Below the pieces are notes generated by a model. It was given only the letters and a program-made list of their open reading frames with translations, ran no database searches and was not told where the DNA came from. The position numbers were made by a program, and so were the translations under genes. 64,000 nucleotides of DNA, from assembly GCA_964487045.1 (NCBI GenBank), contig CAZAOT010000004.1, forward strand, positions 6,605 through 70,604, read 5' to 3'. Of the stretch, positions 31,259-39,934 are shown piece by piece. Origin of the DNA: an uncultured Candidatus Saccharibacteria bacterium (GTDB lineage Bacteria; Patescibacteriota; UBA1384; DTJR01). Within the stretch, counting starts at the first letter, position 1. Each line of letters starts with the position of its first letter.

Positions 31259-31285
31259 AAAGCTCTTAATTAGGAGCTTTTTTAT

Positions 31286-34042
31286 TTAGAACGAAAGATA
31301 CTTACCAGTTAATGATTTGGCAATTTTAGATACTTTCTCTGGAGTTCCTTCGGCGATGATTTGACCACCTTTTATTCCTCCGCCTGGACCCATATCTATC
31401 ACCCAGTCAGCATTTTTTACTACATCTAGGTTATGCTCAATCACCAACACTGTATTGCCTCTATCAACAAGTTCTTGCAAAATTACAAGTAATTTCTTAA
31501 TATCTTCGAAATGAAGACCTGTAGTGGGTTCATCAAGAATGTAAATAGTCTTTCCGGTAGAAGGTCTCGAAAGTTCACTAGCAAGTTTAATTCTCTGTGC
31601 TTCTCCTCCGGATAAGGTTGTTGCGCTCTGGCCAAGCGGTAGATATCCTAGACCAACTTTCTTAAGGACAGTAAGTTTCTCAATAAGTTCAGCGTGATCT
31701 GAGAAAAATTCATTGGCTTCATCTACGCTTAATTTCAAAACATCCGCAATTGTTTTGCCTTTATATCTAATTTCGAGAGTTTCTTTGTTATATCGCTGAC
31801 CCTGACACTCTTCGCATGGAACATAAACATCAGGCATAAAGAACATTTCGACTTTAATCATGCCGTCACCGCGACAAACCTCACAGCGTCCACCCTTTAA
31901 GTTAAAACTGAATTGGCTAGCATTAAAACCTTTAAATTTCGCTTCTGGAGTTTCAGCAAATAACTCTCTGATCGGGGTGAATATGCCAGTATATGTAGCG
32001 AGGTTAGACCTTGGAGTTCTACCGATTGGAGTTTGATCGATTCTAATGACCTTATCTAGATTGTTAATACCAATCATTTTCTTATACTCTCCAGGCTCTT
32101 CACCTGAGCGATGGTACTCTTTAGCTAGCGCTTTTGCCAAAACATCATAAACCAATGAGCTCTTGCCACTTCCGGAAACTCCGCAAACTGCGATGAATAC
32201 TGATAGTGGAATCGTAACGTCTAAATTCTTTAAATTATTGTGATTAATTTGCTCGATTTTTAGCTCCCCTTTTCCTTTTCGGCGTTTTTTAGGGTAGTTT
32301 ATTTTATCCTTGCCAGAGAGATAACGTCCAGTAACTGATTTATCATTTTTCTTTATCTCACTTGGAGTTCCAGAAGCGATAAGCTCACCGCCGTTTTTAC
32401 CTGCACCAGGACCAATATCAAAAACATAGTCAGCTAATTCTAGAACTGCTTTATCATGCTCTACTATTAATACAGTGTTACCCTCCTCCTTGAGTCGTTT
32501 AAATGATTCAATAATTCTCTCAGTGTCAGCGCTATGCAAGCCAATAGTCGGTTCGTCAAGTACATAAAGCACACCGCTTAGAAATGAATCAAATTGAACA
32601 CCAAGTCTAATCCTCTGCGCTTCACCACCAGATAAAGACTCAGATGACCTAGACAGAGTTAAATACTCAAGACCGACTGAAACGAGGTTATTGAGTCTTC
32701 TAATTAATTCCTTAATGATCGTGTCGCTTCCCGCTGGTTTGACGCTGCTAGCGAAAAATTCGCTTAGAGAATTAACTTCCATATCAGACAGTTCAGCTAT
32801 TGTTTTATCATTAAAGAAAACAGACAGTGCTAATTCATTTAACCTTTTTCCTAGACACTTATCGCAAACCTTCTCATGCATATATTGCTCAATCTCACTT
32901 CTAAGATATTCTGAGTCAGTTTCTAAGTACTTCTTTTCTAAATTTGGTATCACTCCTTCGAAATCTTCATGTCCATATAGGATCGCGCGAAGTGCATCGT
33001 CAGAAAGATTATCAATTGGTTCATCAAGCCTGAAAGCTACCTTTTTGCTTAGATCCACCAAGCTTTTTGTAAACCAGCCATTTTGACCAGCCAAACGTGA
33101 CCAAGGTCTAATCGCCCCCTCTTCTAAAGTTAATCTTGTGTTTGGAATCACCAACTCAGGCTGGACTTCCTTCACTACTCCCAAACCCTGACATCTTCGG
33201 CAAGCTCCATAGGGGCTATTAAAAGAGAAAAGCCTTGGTTGAAGACTAGGAAAAAATATCTGGCAATCAGAACAATACGGGTGTTTAGAAAATATCTTGG
33301 AGTTTTCGCCTCTTTCGACTCTGACAACGTCTTCGCTTAGCTCAAAAGCCTTTTCCAGACTCTGCTCAAGCTCTTTTTGCTCAAGTGGTTTAATTTCTTC
33401 GAGATATTCCTTTCTTAGCACTACCACCTCAATAGTATGAGGCAAACCCTTTTCCAACTTAACGTTAGCTGATTCTTTGGTTGAATATTCATTTCCATCA
33501 ACTATCACGCTTTCGAATTTGGAGTTCTGGAATCTTTCTAAAGTACTTTTATGAATACCTTTTTGGTCTTTTACTATAGTAGCTACTATCTTCACTTCGC
33601 CTGCGTTTTGTTTGAAAAAATCAATCGCGCTTTCTACTATTTCTTTCAACTGGCCTGAAAAAATTGCTTTATTACACTTCGGACATCTTACTGAGCCGAA
33701 TCTAGCAAATAGCAATCTTAGAAAATCATACGATTCCGTAAGAGTACCGACTGTTGATCGTGGAGATCGAACCACACTTTTTTGGTCAATTGCGATAGCT
33801 GGTGGAATTCCCTCGATTGAATCCACATCTGGCTTCTCGATAACACCTATCACTTGTCTAGCATAAGACGAAAGATTCTCTACATACCTTCTCTGGCCTT
33901 CGGCATAGATTGTGTCAAAAGCCAATGATGACTTTCCTGAACCTGAAATTCCACTCATTACTGAAATTTGTTCCTTGGGAATCTCAACAGAAATATTTTT
34001 TAGGTTGTGAGTTCTCGCGCCAGATACTTTAATATTTTTCAT
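31286..34042 (-). CDS. uvrA: Excinuclease ABC subunit A
   Basis: Two ABC ATPase modules ([10 protein letters not shown] / [10 protein letters not shown]) and zinc-finger cysteines. Confidence 0.95.
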   Translation of the reverse strand: MKNIKVSGARTHNLKNISVEIPKEQISVMSGISGSGKSSLAFDTIYAEGQRRYVENLSSYARQVIGVIEKPDVDSIEGIPPAIAIDQKSVVRSPRSTVGTLTESYDFLRLLFARFGSVRCPKCNKAIFSGQLKEIVESAIDFFKQNAGEVKIVATIVKDQKGIHKSTLERFQNSKFESVIVDGNEYSTKESANVKLEKGLPHTIEVVVLRKEYLEEIKPLEQKELEQSLEKAFELSEDVVRVERGENSKIFSKHPYCSDCQIFFPSLQPRLFSFNSPYGACRRCQGLGVVKEVQPELVIPNTRLTLEEGAIRPWSRLAGQNGWFTKSLVDLSKKVAFRLDEPIDNLSDDALRAILYGHEDFEGVIPNLEKKYLETDSEYLRSEIEQYMHEKVCDKCLGKRLNELALSVFFNDKTIAELSDMEVNSLSEFFASSVKPAGSDTIIKELIRRLNNLVSVGLEYLTLSRSSESLSGGEAQRIRLGVQFDSFLSGVLYVLDEPTIGLHSADTERIIESFKRLKEEGNTVLIVEHDKAVLELADYVFDIGPGAGKNGGELIASGTPSEIKKNDKSVTGRYLSGKDKINYPKKRRKGKGELKIEQINHNNLKNLDVTIPLSVFIAVCGVSGSGKSSLVYDVLAKALAKEYHRSGEEPGEYKKMIGINNLDKVIRIDQTPIGRTPRSNLATYTGIFTPIRELFAETPEAKFKGFNASQFSFNLKGGRCEVCRGDGMIKVEMFFMPDVYVPCEECQGQRYNKETLEIRYKGKTIADVLKLSVDEANEFFSDHAELIEKLTVLKKVGLGYLPLGQSATTLSGGEAQRIKLASELSRPSTGKTIYILDEPTTGLHFEDIKKLLVILQELVDRGNTVLVIEHNLDVVKNADWVIDMGPGGGIKGGQIIAEGTPEKVSKIAKSLTGKYLSF

Positions 34043-34068
34043 ATTTTTTTTAAAAAATCCTTTTGGTT

Positions 34069-34160
34069 TAACGGGCCTTGACCCGTTAGAGATATACTTT
34101 ACAAAACCTCGAGGCCCATTTATTGTTTTTAGAGCTGCTAGCGCAGATCTCTAACGGGCC
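34069..34160. repeat. Palindromic repeat element, copy B: an extra half-site TAACGGGCCTTG, then ACCCGTTAGAGAT, a 53-nt interior, and ATCTCTAACGGGCC
   Basis: The same inverted repeat as copies A and C was read directly. It lies 27-118 nt upstream of the uvrA start, in the divergent intergenic region. Confidence 0.65.
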
Positions 34161-34306
34161 TTGGAGGATTATACTAAAAAATAAAACGAAAATCAACACC
34201 TCAATAATCCTAAAATATTTTCTTGATTTTAATAATCGATGTGTTACATTTTGAACATATTTAGTTGGCTTAAATTTCAAATGAAGTAAGCAAGAAAGGA
34301 AGTGGT

Positions 34307-34765
34307 ATGAAACAGGGAGATCAAATAGGTACGATCGTTGGATCAAGCGTCCATCTTACCGGAGCTATTAAGGATGCTAGCGACATCAATATCTTTGGTT
34401 CGGTTGATGGTGAAGTGTCTTCTGAGGAGCGAGTAGTAATTGAGGAGACCGCTAGAGTAAAAGGGCCAATTACTGCCAGAGAAATAATTGTTAGTGGATA
34501 TATTAATGGAACTGTCACAGCAAGAGAAAGAATCGAATTAAATTCAAGTGGCACAATCAAGGGAAACATTGATACCAAAGAATTGTTAATTCATTCTGGA
34601 GCAACTTTCATAGGAAAGTGCGCTATGCCAGAAAAAGAAAATAGTGGTGCAGCCGAAGAGAGTGAAACATTCGAGACTGAAGTGGAAGAAAAGCCGGAGC
34701 TAGAAGAACCAAAAGACTTGTTTGCCGATGAACAGGAAAAAGGAAAGAAAGACGACGAAGATTAA
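34307..34765 (+). CDS. Bactofilin-family cytoskeletal protein with an acidic C-terminal tail
   Basis: Repeated beta-helical motifs (VHLTGAIKDASDINIFGSVDGEV; IIVSGYINGTVTA; IKGNIDTKELLIHSGATFIG) are typical of bactofilin. Confidence 0.65.
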   Translation: MKQGDQIGTIVGSSVHLTGAIKDASDINIFGSVDGEVSSEERVVIEETARVKGPITAREIIVSGYINGTVTARERIELNSSGTIKGNIDTKELLIHSGATFIGKCAMPEKENSGAAEESETFETEVEEKPELEEPKDLFADEQEKGKKDDED

Positions 34766-34770
34766 GCCTA

Positions 34771-35517
34771 ATGTATTATTTCTTGTTTGACCAAATCAGC
34801 TCTTCCAAACAGCGAGCAGACTTCGAAAAAATAAAAGACATTGCCAGAGAATACCAAATACTTTCTGCCTCTGCGCATGTCTCTCCCGCCAGATCAGCAG
34901 ACGAATTAGTCCAAGATGCACTAAGCAAAAATTACACGACGATTGTAGCTGTTGGCGAAGACACCCTAATAAACGATGTAGTTACAGCTATCATCCGTCT
35001 TCAGGAACGCGAAAATATTGTGCTTGGCATTATCTCAACTGATCCAGAATCGTTACTATATGAGAGGTGGGGTTTCAAGACCTTCGAGGAAGCCCTGGAA
35101 ACACTTCGATATAGAAAATTAGAAAGATTTACAATCGGCATGATAGAGCCAAACCATTATTTCTTATCTAGCGCAAGAATTGAGTGCGGCAAGCCAACAA
35201 GATTTGTAATAGAAATCGATAAGTTTAAAGCAGAAGCGGTTCTCGACCGCCTAGAAATATCGAATAATTTATATATTTTACTTGAGCGATATGGCCGGGA
35301 ACGCTCAATATTAAAATCAACAATTAATTGGCTATCGGGTAAAAACACCGGTTTTGCCGATCGAAGTGTATTTAGAGGAAAGATAATTAAAATAGATTCT
35401 AGAGAGAAAGTTTCTGTCTTAATAGGTAAGAGAGAAGTCGCAAAAACACCAATTAATGTTTTCCGTAAAATCAATGCCTTGAATATTATTACGAAACGTG
35501 ATAGAGTTTTAACGTAA
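34771..35517 (+). CDS. DAGK_cat/NAD-kinase-fold lipid-kinase-like protein with a degenerate GGDG motif
   Basis: TTIVAVGEDTLINDVV aligns with the canonical vaaGGDGTvnev motif, but has GEDT in place of GGDGT. Confidence 0.4.
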   Translation: MYYFLFDQISSSKQRADFEKIKDIAREYQILSASAHVSPARSADELVQDALSKNYTTIVAVGEDTLINDVVTAIIRLQERENIVLGIISTDPESLLYERWGFKTFEEALETLRYRKLERFTIGMIEPNHYFLSSARIECGKPTRFVIEIDKFKAEAVLDRLEISNNLYILLERYGRERSILKSTINWLSGKNTGFADRSVFRGKIIKIDSREKVSVLIGKREVAKTPINVFRKINALNIITKRDRVLT

Positions 35518-35518
35518 A

Positions 35519-36091
35519 TTAAGCCTTTGGAGACTTGAAATAAGTTACGCTAGAGTTAGCAAGTCCGGTTTTTACCGGGTCAATCAGCAGATTCGAGTTC
35601 CCCAAGTTCACCTGATAGACGAAGAAGGTCAATCTTTGGGTACGACAAACACTTCCGAAGCTATTAAGTTAGCCGAGGAGCACGGCTTGGATTTAGTTGA
35701 AATTGGAGCAAATGCAAAACCTCCGGTTTGTAAAATTCTCGACTTTGGAAAATTCAAATACGAGCAGGAGAAGAAGCAAAAATCAAAACCATCACACGCT
35801 GGTGAGATCAAAGAGATAAGGCTTTCTGTTACCACAGACGAACATGACTTCACCACTAGGGTTGAACAAGCAAGAAAGTTTTTTGAAAAAGGCTTCAAAG
35901 TAAAAGTTACAGTCAAGATGAGTGGTAGACAAAACATTTACCACGAAAAAGCAATTTCACAGATTAATAGAGTTAAGGACGTCTTGGAGGTCAGTTTCGA
36001 ACAATCACCATCAAGACTTGGAAATAGATTTACTGCTTTACTTATAAAATCAAAAGAAGGCAGCGCCAAACAGCCTGCTCAGGATCAATAA
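35519..36091 (+). CDS. infC: Translation initiation factor IF-3, with a non-ATG start
   Basis: The C-domain and the upstream in-frame N-domain (NQQIRVPQVHLIDEEGQSLG...LAEEHGLDLVEI) match IF-3. The frame is open from 35519. Candidate ATA/ATT starts lie at 35519, 35540 and 35591. The ORF-finder's TTG start at 35636 truncates the N-domain. Confidence 0.75.
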   Translation, partial: LSLWRLEISYARVSKSGFYRVNQQIRVPQVHLIDEEGQSLGTTNTSEAIKLAEEHGLDLVEIGANAKPPVCKILDFGKFKYEQEKKQKSKPSHAGEIKEIRLSVTTDEHDFTTRVEQARKFFEKGFKVKVTVKMSGRQNIYHEKAISQINRVKDVLEVSFEQSPSRLGNRFTALLIKSKEGSAKQPAQDQ

Positions 36092-36108
36092 TAAAGGTAA
36101 TATTCAAA

Positions 36109-36315
36109 ATGCCGAAAATTAAAACTAGAAAATCAGCGTCAAAAAGACTTGCCAAAGTAACCGCTTCCGGCAAACTTATGAGACGAAAAATAACTGCACA
36201 ACACTTGGTCAAAAGAAAAACCAAAAGAACTATTAAGGGTTCTGGAAGAAGTGAAGAAGTTGTAGCAAGTGAAGTTAAAAGATTAAAAAAATTAACTCCC
36301 TACAGGAACAAATAA
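36109..36315 (+). CDS. rpmI: 50S ribosomal protein L35
   Basis: MPKIKTRKSASKRLAKVTASGK. Confidence 0.85.
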   Translation: MPKIKTRKSASKRLAKVTASGKLMRRKITAQHLVKRKTKRTIKGSGRSEEVVASEVKRLKKLTPYRNK

Positions 36316-36662
36316 TGGCAAGAGTAAAACGAGCAATATCCGCAAAAAAAAGACATAATAGCTTGCTAAGCAAGGCTAAGGGTTTTAGAGGTAGAAGAAA
36401 GAACGTCTTTAGACTGGCAAAACAAGCTGTAATGAAAGCTGAAAAATACGCTTATGCTTCGAACAGAAGAAAGAAGCGTGATATCAGAAAGCTTTGGATA
36501 ATCAGGATCAATGCTGCCTGCAAAGCAAATGGTATTCAGTATTCAAGATTTATCAAACTTTTACACGACAACAAAATTGATTTAAATCGCAAACAACTCT
36601 CGGAAATGGCTCAAAACGATCCAGCTAAGTTCAAAGAAGTAGTCGAGAAAGTTAAATCTTAG
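36315..36662 (+). CDS. rplT: 50S ribosomal protein L20
   Basis: MARVKRAISAKKRHNSLLSKAKGFRG. Confidence 0.9.
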   Translation: MARVKRAISAKKRHNSLLSKAKGFRGRRKNVFRLAKQAVMKAEKYAYASNRRKKRDIRKLWIIRINAACKANGIQYSRFIKLLHDNKIDLNRKQLSEMAQNDPAKFKEVVEKVKS

Positions 36663-37059
36663 GATCTCGAATAATAGAATAAATAATCAGCACAGCCCCG
36701 ATAGTGATAAAGCTATCGGCTAGGTTGAAGCTTGGAAATATTTTTAAGTTTATAAAGTCGACTACTCCCCCTCGAACTATTCTGTCAAGAATGTTAGAAA
36801 GACCTCCCGCAAAGACGAGGCTAAGTGCGACAGTCTTTACTTTACCCTTAGCAAATAAATATATACCAATACTAAAGACAATAAGGGCAATAATATTGAG
36901 AGCTAATGGGTTCGAATAAATGAGCGAGAAGGCTAAGTCTTTATTGATCGTCGCGACTGAATATCTCAGAAAAATAAGCTTAGTCACCTGATCAACAAAA
37001 ACAGCAACAATAAACAATCCAAGAAAAAACAATTTTGGATTAAGTTTTTTAGGAAGCAT
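36652..37059 (-). CDS. lspA: Lipoprotein signal peptidase II
   Basis: 4 TM helices, with ...GGLSNILDR...VVDFINL...FNLADSFI (the SPase II catalytic Asp motifs). Confidence 0.8.
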   Translation of the reverse strand: MLPKKLNPKLFFLGLFIVAVFVDQVTKLIFLRYSVATINKDLAFSLIYSNPLALNIIALIVFSIGIYLFAKGKVKTVALSLVFAGGLSNILDRIVRGGVVDFINLKIFPSFNLADSFITIGAVLIIYSIIRDPKI

Positions 37060-37363
37060 GGGTGGCGCAGAATCTTGATGCCGGGAAAGCTTTTAATCTA
37101 CCAGCTTCGATCAAAATCCCACATTTCTCACACTTTCCATACGATCCATCCTCAATCCTCTTGAGAGCAGATTTGAGCTCTTTAAGCTCTTTCTTCGCCT
37201 CAGCTCCAAGAGCGACTGACTCCTCGAATTCTTCAAACTCGACAGCATTATCATCTCCAGAAGAGCCTATCTCATCATACTTGGCTGATTTTACTTCACT
37301 CTCCAAATTCTCAATCTCACTAAGAATCAATTGTTTTTGACTCTCAATAAATGACTGGTCCAT
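37049..37363 (-). CDS. DksA/TraR-family C4 zinc-finger protein
   Basis: C-terminus GSYGKCEKCGILIEAGRLKAFPASRFCATH matches the C-x2-C-x17-C-x2-C DksA/TraR finger. The N-terminus is a coiled coil. Confidence 0.6.
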   Translation of the reverse strand: MDQSFIESQKQLILSEIENLESEVKSAKYDEIGSSGDDNAVEFEEFEESVALGAEAKKELKELKSALKRIEDGSYGKCEKCGILIEAGRLKAFPASRFCATHAS

Positions 37364-37394
37364 ATTTATCCTTTTTAATTTCTATTTTTTACAC

Positions 37395-37423
37395 TTGAAT
37401 TATACATAAAATAAAAATAATAT
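37395..37423 (+). promoter_or_regulatory. Sigma70-type promoter for tRNA-Val (TTGAAT, 17-nt spacer, TAATAT)
   Basis: TTGAATtatacataaaataaaaaTAATAT. The tRNA 5' end lies 12 nt downstream of the -10 element. Confidence 0.55.
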
Positions 37424-37435
37424 GAATTAATACTC

Positions 37436-37510
37436 GGTCGCTTAGCTCAGTGGTAGAGCGCTTGCTTCACACGCAAGAAGTCATAGGTTCAAGTCCTATA
37501 GCGACCACCA
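37436..37510 (+). tRNA. tRNA-Val (anticodon CAC), with encoded CCA
   Basis: Hand-folded cloverleaf: acceptor GGTCGCT/AGCGACC, D-arm GCTCAGTGGTAGAGC, anticodon stem CTTGC/GCAAG with loop TTCACAC, T-arm ATAGGTTCAAGTCCTAT. Confidence 0.85.
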
Positions 37511-37571
37511 ATATTTGCTTGAACAATTAAATATAACCAAGCGGTTCTTTTTTTTCTGCCTAAAGCAAGGT

Positions 37572-38204
37572 ATGATTGAATACATGGAAGATAAAGAATT
37601 CTTTGAAGACGATATAAATAAAAGCGAAAAGGAAGAAAAGAAAATAACCTTCGGATCAGTCCTTCTTTCTTTTTTCGATTTTTTAAAAACTGTAATTATT
37701 ATCGTTGTGCTTGCTGCACTCATAAGACAATTTGTCATACAGCCTTTTATCGTTGACGGACAGTCAATGGAGCCAAACTTTCAAAACAACGACTATCTAA
37801 TCACTGATAAAGTTTCTTATCGACTTCACACTCCATCACGTGGTGAAGTTGTTATCTTCCACCCACCTGATAATCCATCTGTAAACTATCTCAAAAGGGT
37901 CATAGGTCTACCCGGCGACACTATCAAAATAAGTGGCGGCGACGTGTATGTAAATGGCAAGAAAATTAAAGAATCATACATCAATAACAACGAAAAAACT
38001 CTTTCGCCAAATTCGGGCGATGTAGAATTAACACTTAAAGATAAAGAATATTTCGTCCTTGGAGATAATCGCAATCATTCAAGGGATTCGCGTGAAATTG
38101 GACCAGTTCCGATTGAAAATATTGTAAGTCGAATCTGGCTAAGATTATTCCCATTTAACTCAATCAAAGCATTTGCTGCTCAAAAGTACGAAGTAGTTAA
38201 TTAA
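37572..38204 (+). CDS. lepB: Signal peptidase I
   Basis: GQSMEPNF (catalytic Ser), YLKRVIGLPGDTI (Lys box) and VLGDNRNHSRDSR. The start is set at the ATG at 37572; the ORF-finder's TTG at 37515 abuts the tRNA. Confidence 0.85.
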   Translation: MIEYMEDKEFFEDDINKSEKEEKKITFGSVLLSFFDFLKTVIIIVVLAALIRQFVIQPFIVDGQSMEPNFQNNDYLITDKVSYRLHTPSRGEVVIFHPPDNPSVNYLKRVIGLPGDTIKISGGDVYVNGKKIKESYINNNEKTLSPNSGDVELTLKDKEYFVLGDNRNHSRDSREIGPVPIENIVSRIWLRLFPFNSIKAFAAQKYEVVN

Positions 38205-39253
38205 ATCAATTCCTCTATTTCACTGACGAGTTCATTGAAATTTTCTTTTGTAGTTGAGGAAATAGCGATAATTTTATTTTTTAGTATAAATCCAAATCTA
38301 TCAAAATTCTTAATTGCATCAGTTGAGCGTGATTTAACCAAATCTATTTTATTTAACACAACAAGCAACTTTTTATTTTTTCTCACTGCTAAATCAGCAA
38401 GATGCGCATCTGTCCTAGTGAATCCTTCTGTAGCGTCCACCACAAGAATAATAATATCTGCTTTATAAATTGACTCGATTGCCCTAAGGACAGAGAATTT
38501 TTCGATCCCTACCTCAATTTTGCCTCTTTTCCTAAAGCCTGCTGTATCAATAATTTCAGCAAGCTTCTCCGATTTACCAATTTTGATTTTTAACCTAAGA
38601 GCATCTCTGGTTGTGCCAGGAATATCAGAGACGATTGCTGTACTTGATTTACTAAGTAAATTAAAAAGGGTTGATTTTCCTGCGTTAGGCCTTCCGATAA
38701 TTGTGATTTTTTTGTATTGATCTAGATCAGGAATATTGTTTTTAAAATTTGAAGTTATTTTATCTAAGAGCAAGCCGCTTCTTCGACCGGTAATAGAACT
38801 AAGAGCGATTTTATCATCGAAGCCAAGCTCATCAACTTCAGATAGCCTCATCTCTTGATCATGGCTATCGGCCTTGTTAAAGACCACTAGAACCTTTTTA
38901 TGATACTTTCTTAGTCTTGCTGCTATCTCTTTATCTTCACCTGTGATAGAGACTTTAGCGTCGACCACAAACAATATAAGAGCACATTCGTCTAGTGCAT
39001 CGGATATCTTATCCTGAGCCATTCGTTCAATATCCGCTTCGTCAAAACCATAAAAATCACTAATAAATCCAGCAGTATCGAATAATATAAACCTCTTATT
39101 ATTCCAAGTAATTTCGGAGCTCACTGTATCTCTAGTTGTTCCAGCTTCCTTAGCAATAATTGCCTGCCTTTCGCCGGTGAGACGATTAAAAAGAGTCGAC
39201 TTGCCGACATTAGGTCTACCAACTATTGCAACTACTGGTAATTTGTTTTCCAT
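38201..39253 (-). CDS. der: Ribosome-biogenesis GTPase Der (EngA); two G domains and no C-terminal KH domain
   Basis: Two P-loops (GRPNVGKSTLFN / GRPNAGKSTLFN) with matching DTAG and NKxD motifs. At 350 aa it ends right after the second G domain. Confidence 0.8.
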   Translation of the reverse strand: MENKLPVVAIVGRPNVGKSTLFNRLTGERQAIIAKEAGTTRDTVSSEITWNNKRFILFDTAGFISDFYGFDEADIERMAQDKISDALDECALILFVVDAKVSITGEDKEIAARLRKYHKKVLVVFNKADSHDQEMRLSEVDELGFDDKIALSSITGRRSGLLLDKITSNFKNNIPDLDQYKKITIIGRPNAGKSTLFNLLSKSSTAIVSDIPGTTRDALRLKIKIGKSEKLAEIIDTAGFRKRGKIEVGIEKFSVLRAIESIYKADIIILVVDATEGFTRTDAHLADLAVRKNKKLLVVLNKIDLVKSRSTDAIKNFDRFGFILKNKIIAISSTTKENFNELVSEIEELI

Positions 39254-39296
39254 AAGAAAAGATCATACCTGAAATTCAATAAATTATCAAGGATTA

Positions 39297-39812
39297 TTAT
39301 CTTTTTACTAGATTGTCTGTGGCCATGTCATAGCATTCTCCAACTACCGAAGAAGGTACGTCATGACCACTTAAGATCGAGCAATTTAAAGTTCCGTTTC
39401 CGTCACCCAATATTACCCAACTTCCATTTTCATATGCTGCCAAAAACCAGCCGCCTTCATCATCGATTGTGACACTACCATACGCTGAATTGTCAGAGCT
39501 TTTTGAGATACTAATAGAGATTTTATCAATTGGTGTTGAAGACTTTTGAGCATAGGCTTCCTTAATCAACTCTTCTTTTGACTTGGCTGCTTCAGTTGCT
39601 GTTTGTGAGGCCAACGGAGTAAGACTAACAAGGGCTGTAGAAGTTTTGATTGGCTCTTGGATTTCGGTTAAAGTCGATGTAGCAATTGGTGAAATACTAG
39701 CTTGCAGCTTGAGATTCTTATTTTGTTTTGCTAAATATGTTACCACTGCCACCATTAGAACAATTAAAAATGCACTGAGAATTAACAATACCTTCTTCAC
39801 TCTGTCGCTCAT
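39297..39812 (-). CDS. Membrane-anchored hypothetical protein (N-terminal TM helix, extracytoplasmic domain)
   Basis: Single N-terminal TM helix. No recognised domain. Confidence 0.4.
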   Translation of the reverse strand: MSDRVKKVLLILSAFLIVLMVAVVTYLAKQNKNLKLQASISPIATSTLTEIQEPIKTSTALVSLTPLASQTATEAAKSKEELIKEAYAQKSSTPIDKISISISKSSDNSAYGSVTIDDEGGWFLAAYENGSWVILGDGNGTLNCSILSGHDVPSSVVGECYDMATDNLVKR

Positions 39813-39934
39813 CTTCCTCCTTTTTTTACATTATACCCCATATAAAATTAAATGCTTGACAGCAGAAAACTCGTGAGTATATTTAAACTAGCAAAAAAAA
39901 CCGCTAAAACGGTTTAGTACTCAAAGGAGGAGTT

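Noticed and set aside
34086-34346. 86-aa minus-strand ORF
   Set aside because: It overlaps repeat copy B and the uvrA/bactofilin promoter region. It has no ribosome-binding site and low-complexity composition.
35636-35638. TTG start called for infC
   Set aside because: IF-3 N-domain homology continues about 40 codons upstream in frame, so the real start is a non-ATG codon further 5'.
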